From assembly GCA_964645485.1 (NCBI GenBank), contig CAZXZO010000002.1, forward strand, positions 57,108-121,107: DNA of 64,000 bases. The letters run 5' to 3'. Position numbers and translations under genes: made by a program. Positions 59,112 to 64,000 of the stretch are shown here, one piece after another; the first letter of the stretch is position 1, and every line of letters begins with the position of its first letter. This DNA comes from an uncultured Candidatus Poseidoniales archaeon. GTDB lineage: Archaea; Thermoplasmatota; Poseidoniia; Poseidoniales; Thalassarchaeaceae. Under the pieces are notes generated by a model, which had not been told where the DNA came from, made no database searches, and worked only from the letters and a program-made list of their open reading frames with translations.

Positions 59112-59873
59112 GTGGGAGTACTAATCATACGGACGGCTGATTTCAAATTGGCCTATCGTTTGATGAAGGCGTTACGAAAGCGCGGAATTGAATTTCTTCA
59201 AGTTTCAGAGAATTCACCCTTACCACCGGATGCTTCTGTTTGGCTTGGAACAACAGCAGAGGTGGGTGCAAGTAAAGTTGGTAACGGAATCGCCTGTTCA
59301 TTAGACGATGTAGAGGTTTCAATTGACCGCGCATTACACCTTTCAACCTTGAAAGACCCCACGAGAATACTCGCTTTTGGAATCGACCCGGGGCCCCGTC
59401 CTGGTTTAGCGTGGAATTCAGATGGAAAGCCTCTTGGAACTGAACAAATGGAAGATGTAGATGAAACAGTTGACAGAATCTGCCAACTGGTCAAGTCAAT
59501 TCCACATGCAGTTGCAGTTGTAAGAATTGGAGATGGCTCACCGACAATAGGTTCACGCCTTGCAAACATTTGTTTGGCAAGAGGTTTGAGAGTAGAGATG
59601 GTCGATGAGAGGAGAACTTCAACGGGAGTTGGTCGCCATGAGCATCACGCCGCGGCGGCGCGAATTGGACAAATTATTGGTGAAGAAGTGACTAGTAAAC
59701 GCAAAGTCAAACCATCCACAGGAGAGGTTAGGGAAATCCAACGCAAATCACGTAGTGAGAGTGGAGGGAAACTTACACTACCAATTGAATTAGCACAAGC
59801 AGTTGCTGTGGGAAGGCTGTCAATGGTTGAGGCTTTTGACGAGTATGAGAGGCGACGAGAAACTCCATTTTGA
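59112..59873 (+). CDS. RNase H-fold YqgF/RuvX-like protein
   Basis: FGIDPGPRPGLA, VRIGDGS, VDERRTS, AAAARIG resemble YqgF motifs. Has extra N- and C-terminal segments. Start GTG 59112 or TTG 59082. Confidence 0.6.
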   Translation: MGVLIIRTADFKLAYRLMKALRKRGIEFLQVSENSPLPPDASVWLGTTAEVGASKVGNGIACSLDDVEVSIDRALHLSTLKDPTRILAFGIDPGPRPGLAWNSDGKPLGTEQMEDVDETVDRICQLVKSIPHAVAVVRIGDGSPTIGSRLANICLARGLRVEMVDERRTSTGVGRHEHHAAAARIGQIIGEEVTSKRKVKPSTGEVREIQRKSRSESGGKLTLPIELAQAVAVGRLSMVEAFDEYERRRETPF

Positions 59874-59940
59874 TTCAGAAAATTGCAAGTTGTTCGTAAC
59901 CGGCTTGCTAAAGAAGTGAACACACTTCGAAGATTACACT

Positions 59941-60015
59941 GCGGACGTGGTCTAGTGGTTATGACTGTAGATTCCCAATCTGCAAACCCGGATTCAACTT
60001 CCGGCGTCCGCACCA
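59941..60015 (+). tRNA. tRNA-Gly (anticodon CCC)
   Basis: GCGGACG/CGTCCGC acceptor, GTAGA-TTCCCAA-TCTGC anticodon arm, CCGGA-TTCAACT-TCCGG T arm, encoded CCA. Confidence 0.95.
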
Positions 60016-60052
60016 CGGTCCAATTTTAATCGAATTAAAGTTGAAAATTTTA

Positions 60053-61063
60053 TCAGATAATTTTGAGATCTGATTGTTTCTTATTTGCTAGTTGTTCTAG
60101 CAGATTGTCAACCACGATTTGGAATGCATTAGAGGAGTCTCCATCAGGGTCAGCCACAATTCGGTGTACCCCATCATCTCCTCCTCTAACTATACCTGGG
60201 TCAAACGGTAATTTTCCAAGGAATGGTACCATCAATTCCTTGGCCGCGGCTTCACCTCCACCACTCTTGAAAAGGTCTAGAACAACCGCCCAATCTCCTT
60301 CCTCATCAGTTTGAACGTTCATACTAACTCCTTGAGGGCCTTGGACTGTAATTTTTGAGGATGGTTCAGCAGTGCCACGTAAGTTGAATCCACTCATGTT
60401 TTCAACAACTCCTAGGCAAGGGAGTTTAAGCGTCTTAGCGAAGTTAATCGATTTCCGACTGTCAAGCAGTGCAACATCTTGAGGGGTTGTAACTACAACT
60501 ACTCCATCTATTTCTGGAAGTGACTGAGCAACTGTGAGAGGCTCGTCTGAAGTTCCCGGTGGGAAGTCAATGATTAGGGCATCCAATTCGCCCCAAGCAA
60601 CATCACCGATGAATTGCTGGATTGCACCCAACTTTACCGGTCCTCTCCAGATGACCGGTGCATCTTCGTCTTCTAGAAGAAATGCCATTGAGATTACTTT
60701 GACACCAAATGGACCTTCAACAGGATATATTTGCCCTTCTTCAACTTGTAAATCTGCGCCAGAAATCCCAAGCATTTTTGGGATATTTGGGCCAGTAATG
60801 TCGATATCCATTATACCGACTTTTTTGCCTTGTTGAGCGAGAGCCAATGCCAACCCGGTGGCAACAGTAGATTTTCCTACTCCACCTTTGCCTGAAAGGA
60901 CCATGACTTTGTGTTTAACATTCTCAGCCAGTTGCGTCATTCTTAGTTTACGTCGCATTTGGGCATATGCCTGTTCCATCTGCGCCTTCTGTTCATCAGA
61001 TGCGGCTTCTGGCTCTTGCTCAGGGGTTTTTCCATCATGATGGGAGACTGGTGAATCACTCAT
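60053..61063 (-). CDS. mrp: Mrp/Nbp35 (ApbC) family P-loop ATPase lacking the CxxC motif
   Basis: SGKGGVGKST, DIDITGPNIPKM, VIWRGP, DFPPGTSDE, VTTPQDV, GVVENMS, LGKLPFDP. Start probably ATG 61063. Confidence 0.9.
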   Translation of the reverse strand: MSDSPVSHHDGKTPEQEPEAASDEQKAQMEQAYAQMRRKLRMTQLAENVKHKVMVLSGKGGVGKSTVATGLALALAQQGKKVGIMDIDITGPNIPKMLGISGADLQVEEGQIYPVEGPFGVKVISMAFLLEDEDAPVIWRGPVKLGAIQQFIGDVAWGELDALIIDFPPGTSDEPLTVAQSLPEIDGVVVVTTPQDVALLDSRKSINFAKTLKLPCLGVVENMSGFNLRGTAEPSSKITVQGPQGVSMNVQTDEEGDWAVVLDLFKSGGGEAAAKELMVPFLGKLPFDPGIVRGGDDGVHRIVADPDGDSSNAFQIVVDNLLEQLANKKQSDLKII

Positions 61064-61214
61064 TGTCGGGGCGACATTGCGGTCATTCTTCAATCATTGT
61101 ATCAATAATTGGACGGAATAAGTTGTAACAATTAGGAGTATTTTGACGTTCACCCAAACGCAATTGCCAAAGGCAACCCACCAAAAGCACAACTGTTAGC
61201 GGGGGTGAGTCAGC

Positions 61215-63362
61215 ATGGCAGGAACAGCAGTTTACATCACTTGGGTAACTGCCTCTTTACTCGGCGGGATTCTATTGATGCCGATTTTCCGTCCTGCTGG
61301 AAAACGAGTTACATTGGCTGGATTTGTTGATATGTTTCGCCGCTACTGGCTACATATTGCATTAGTTTTCAGCATCTATGTTTGGAAAGATTTGCTTGAT
61401 GGCTTAGACCGTATTTTGATGGCTAATACCCACCTCAATATGACGCCATTTGTTTATGCTATTGAGGGCGATTTAGTTTTGTTGGTCCAACAGACATTCC
61501 TCAATGAGATGTTGACTTTTGTCTTGACTCATTATTATGTTGCAGGTTATATGCTATTGACATATACGGCCTCACTCTATTTCACATATTTTGATGACCG
61601 CTGGATGGCAGATAGAGTCTTGTTATCGATGTTCTTTGTCTATGCGCTAGCAGTGCCCTTCTACCTATTCTTCAATGTTAGAGTGACGGGAGACCATATT
61701 CCTGAAATGGAAACTTTGGCCTATCACCTTACCCCGGAGATCCAAACTTGGTTCACGAGGATTGACCCGTTCACAAATGGCATGCCTAGTCTTCACATTG
61801 GTATTCCGTTCACTGTATGGTTGGGACTTCATCGTTGGGACCACGATGAAAGATGGAAGAAATATCGGCAATTTGTCGGTGTCTATATCCTAGTCACAGC
61901 ATTTACAATCATCTATCTTGGAATCCACTGGTTTGTTGACATCATTGGTGGGATAATTGTATCCTTCTTTGCGGTTAACTTAGCAGATAAGTATCATGCT
62001 TGGTTGTGGTATCGGTTTGATGAGAGAACTTTCAATGCCAGAGTTGCATGGTTGTTAGCAGATTTCAACAATCCAAAACGAGTTCTATCTAGTTGGATTT
62101 CTAGATCATTAAATTGGTTGAAAACACCATCAACAGCACAAACTGGAACAGTCGTGATGTTGCTGCTAGCAACAACTGGAGGAGTGCTGTTGTATGATGC
62201 AACTCACCAAGATTTCCCAGCCGAGGGAGTAACTCATCCAGAAGCGGCTGCAGGTGCTGACGGCTGGTTAGTTGCACTTGATGCAAACGAAAATGGTAAC
62301 TTAAGTGCGGTCATAATTGATATTGAAAACGATAGAACATATCACGATAGCCTCAATTTGAACGAGGATGGTAATCAATCACAATGGGGTGTTGTAAACG
62401 CGTCAACAGAAGTGTTGATTTCAGAAAATCATGCAATCGTTTGGCAAGGTTACAGGATAATTACTCTGAAGTTCTCAAATCCAGGCTCTCACGCCTATGG
62501 TAGGACGACAGGTCCACTGTACACCGACCTTGCTCTTCTCGATGACTCAGAAGATGAGCGAGCCAAGTTATTCGCGATTGATGATGGTGTAGTAATTGAC
62601 TTGCAAAGCACAGAATATAATGAGGTATTCACACCAATTCCTGATGATGATGTAATTCTCATTGATGGGGGTGGGAATAGTTTAGCTTGGGTTACCCAGA
62701 GTTCACCAATGACTGCCAATATCCTCTCACTAGATGGTGTGCAGAGTAGTCTATCTGTTGAAGTCAATGTTACTGTTGATTCAGCAAAAGATGAACAAGT
62801 GCTAGCACTCACTGGTACCAACGTTGACTACGTGAACGCGAGTATAACTGGAATTGCATTTGACAAAAATCACATAGTAGCCGAGGTGAATTTGTCAGCA
62901 GTTAGCCGTTTAGTTTTGGTGAATCTTGATACGGGAGAGCAGCGAATTATCGGTGACCCTCTTTTCCCTGTAGCAAACCCTTCAATTGGCCATGGTGTGG
63001 TTGCTTGGCAACATAAGTGGGGGCTCAATTCAATAGACCCAAATAATGCTGAGTTAGACTGGGATGTGAAGTATCACATTATCTTGGAAAATCATTCCTA
63101 TCAACTTCACACTGAGGATGAGTTGAACCAGACTGAGCCACAGGTCATGGAAGGATACATTGCTTGGCTACAAGATAGTGGTGGTGAAGAACCACCAGAG
63201 GTGATAATTTACAGCCTTGAGGAAACATTTGAGCCGTATTCATCGCGAACTTTGCAAATAGCGATAATTGCTCTAATCCCTCTGTTATCTCTATGGATGA
63301 TTCAAAAACAAAGAGAAAATTTGGATTCACTAGACGAAGATTCACCCGACGAAGAAGAATGA
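61215..63362 (+). CDS. PAP2-superfamily (AUR1/IPC-synthase-like) membrane enzyme fused to a large extracytoplasmic domain
   Basis: N-terminal TMs with NGMPSLHIG and YLGIHWFVDIIGG, then ~330 aa of beta-rich soluble sequence, a final TM and a DEEE tail. Confidence 0.78.
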   Translation: MAGTAVYITWVTASLLGGILLMPIFRPAGKRVTLAGFVDMFRRYWLHIALVFSIYVWKDLLDGLDRILMANTHLNMTPFVYAIEGDLVLLVQQTFLNEMLTFVLTHYYVAGYMLLTYTASLYFTYFDDRWMADRVLLSMFFVYALAVPFYLFFNVRVTGDHIPEMETLAYHLTPEIQTWFTRIDPFTNGMPSLHIGIPFTVWLGLHRWDHDERWKKYRQFVGVYILVTAFTIIYLGIHWFVDIIGGIIVSFFAVNLADKYHAWLWYRFDERTFNARVAWLLADFNNPKRVLSSWISRSLNWLKTPSTAQTGTVVMLLLATTGGVLLYDATHQDFPAEGVTHPEAAAGADGWLVALDANENGNLSAVIIDIENDRTYHDSLNLNEDGNQSQWGVVNASTEVLISENHAIVWQGYRIITLKFSNPGSHAYGRTTGPLYTDLALLDDSEDERAKLFAIDDGVVIDLQSTEYNEVFTPIPDDDVILIDGGGNSLAWVTQSSPMTANILSLDGVQSSLSVEVNVTVDSAKDEQVLALTGTNVDYVNASITGIAFDKNHIVAEVNLSAVSRLVLVNLDTGEQRIIGDPLFPVANPSIGHGVVAWQHKWGLNSIDPNNAELDWDVKYHIILENHSYQLHTEDELNQTEPQVMEGYIAWLQDSGGEEPPEVIIYSLEETFEPYSSRTLQIAIIALIPLLSLWMIQKQRENLDSLDEDSPDEEE

Positions 63363-63379
63363 TTCCTGAACACCTGTCT

Positions 63380-64000
63380 TCAATTTGTAATTGAAAGCAT
63401 ACGATTGAGCGCCAAGATAGCATCATTGGCAATCGGCTCGGTAACAACAATTTGATTGGCTATGGTTCCAGCCACTAACGATTCTAAAACATCAGCCAAA
63501 AACGCGGGATGAATCATGTACATTGTTGAGCATGGACATACTCCTGGGTCTAAGCAGACAACTGTTTTGTCTGGGTATTGGGCATCCAATCTTTTGACTA
63601 GATGGATTTCAGTGCCAACACCAATGACCGAGCCACTGGGTGCATCAGCAACGAAACGGCGAATCATTTCAGTTGAACCAGATGCATCTGAAGCATCTAC
63701 AACCGCTCGCTCACATTCAGGGTGAGCGATGACCAATGCATCGGGATTCTCTTTTCGAAGATTATCAATTTGCTCAACAGTGAAACGTTGGTGAACTGAG
63801 CAATAACCGTGCCAGAGCACGAATTTAGAGGTATTCAAGTCATTCCAGTTTGGTTGAGACATTGGATTCCACACTGCCATATCATCCTCTTGGTATCCCA
63901 TTGCTAATGCCGTGTTTCGGCCCAAATGTTGATCGGGGAAAAACAGTACTTTGCCATTTTCACCGGCTCTTTCTAAAGCCCATTCTAAGACTCCAGCAGC
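63380..64000 (-). CDS. nadA: Quinolinate synthase NadA (5'-truncated by window edge)
   Basis: KVLFFPDQHLGRNTA, WHGYCSVHQRF, AHPEC, GSTEMI, GTEIHLV, CPCSTM. Frame open to the window end. Confidence 0.93.
   Translation of the reverse strand, partial: AAGVLEWALERAGENGKVLFFPDQHLGRNTALAMGYQEDDMAVWNPMSQPNWNDLNTSKFVLWHGYCSVHQRFTVEQIDNLRKENPDALVIAHPECERAVVDASDASGSTEMIRRFVADAPSGSVIGVGTEIHLVKRLDAQYPDKTVVCLDPGVCPCSTMYMIHPAFLADVLESLVAGTIANQIVVTEPIANDAILALNRMLSITN

Noticed and set aside
59645-60016. 123-aa minus-strand ORF
   Set aside because: Antisense to tRNA-Gly and the YqgF-like gene.

Overview
Archaeal chromosomal segment, about 42% GC by eye and densely coding. Gene content (aIF5B-ndk-L24e-S28e-L7Ae cluster, Hjc, archaeal Lhr, deoxyhypusine synthase, bacterial-type UvrB/FolC/RimK/NadA, large DxDxDG-repeat surface proteins) best fits Thermoplasmatota, probably Marine Group II (Ca. 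Poseidoniales); this is inference. I support about 53 CDS and three tRNAs (Leu-CAA, Ile-GAT, Gly-CCC), with no rRNA, CRISPR, integrase or transposase. Most of the window is housekeeping: translation, repair, futalosine-type menaquinone genes, CcmF, leucine and lysine catabolism, membrane proteases. Best leads: (1) tRNA-Leu flanked by copies of both of its ends, with a 4-copy 3' att-like array separated by hairpin-rich ~140-150 bp segments; (2) seven unrelated proteins ending in exactly -EEE in a window encoding a bacterial-type RimK whose known substrate (bS6) archaea lack; (3) an Mrp/Nbp35 ATPase whose Fe-S-binding CxxC loop is replaced by an Ig-like strand motif; (4) a ParA, ribbon-helix-helix, degenerate mini-PIN module; (5) a presenilin-like protease with a ~360-aa soluble insert; (6) a ~500-bp AT-rich intergenic region with repeated dyad motifs; (7) a CTG-initiated prs. 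All family calls come from motif recognition by eye, not database searches.
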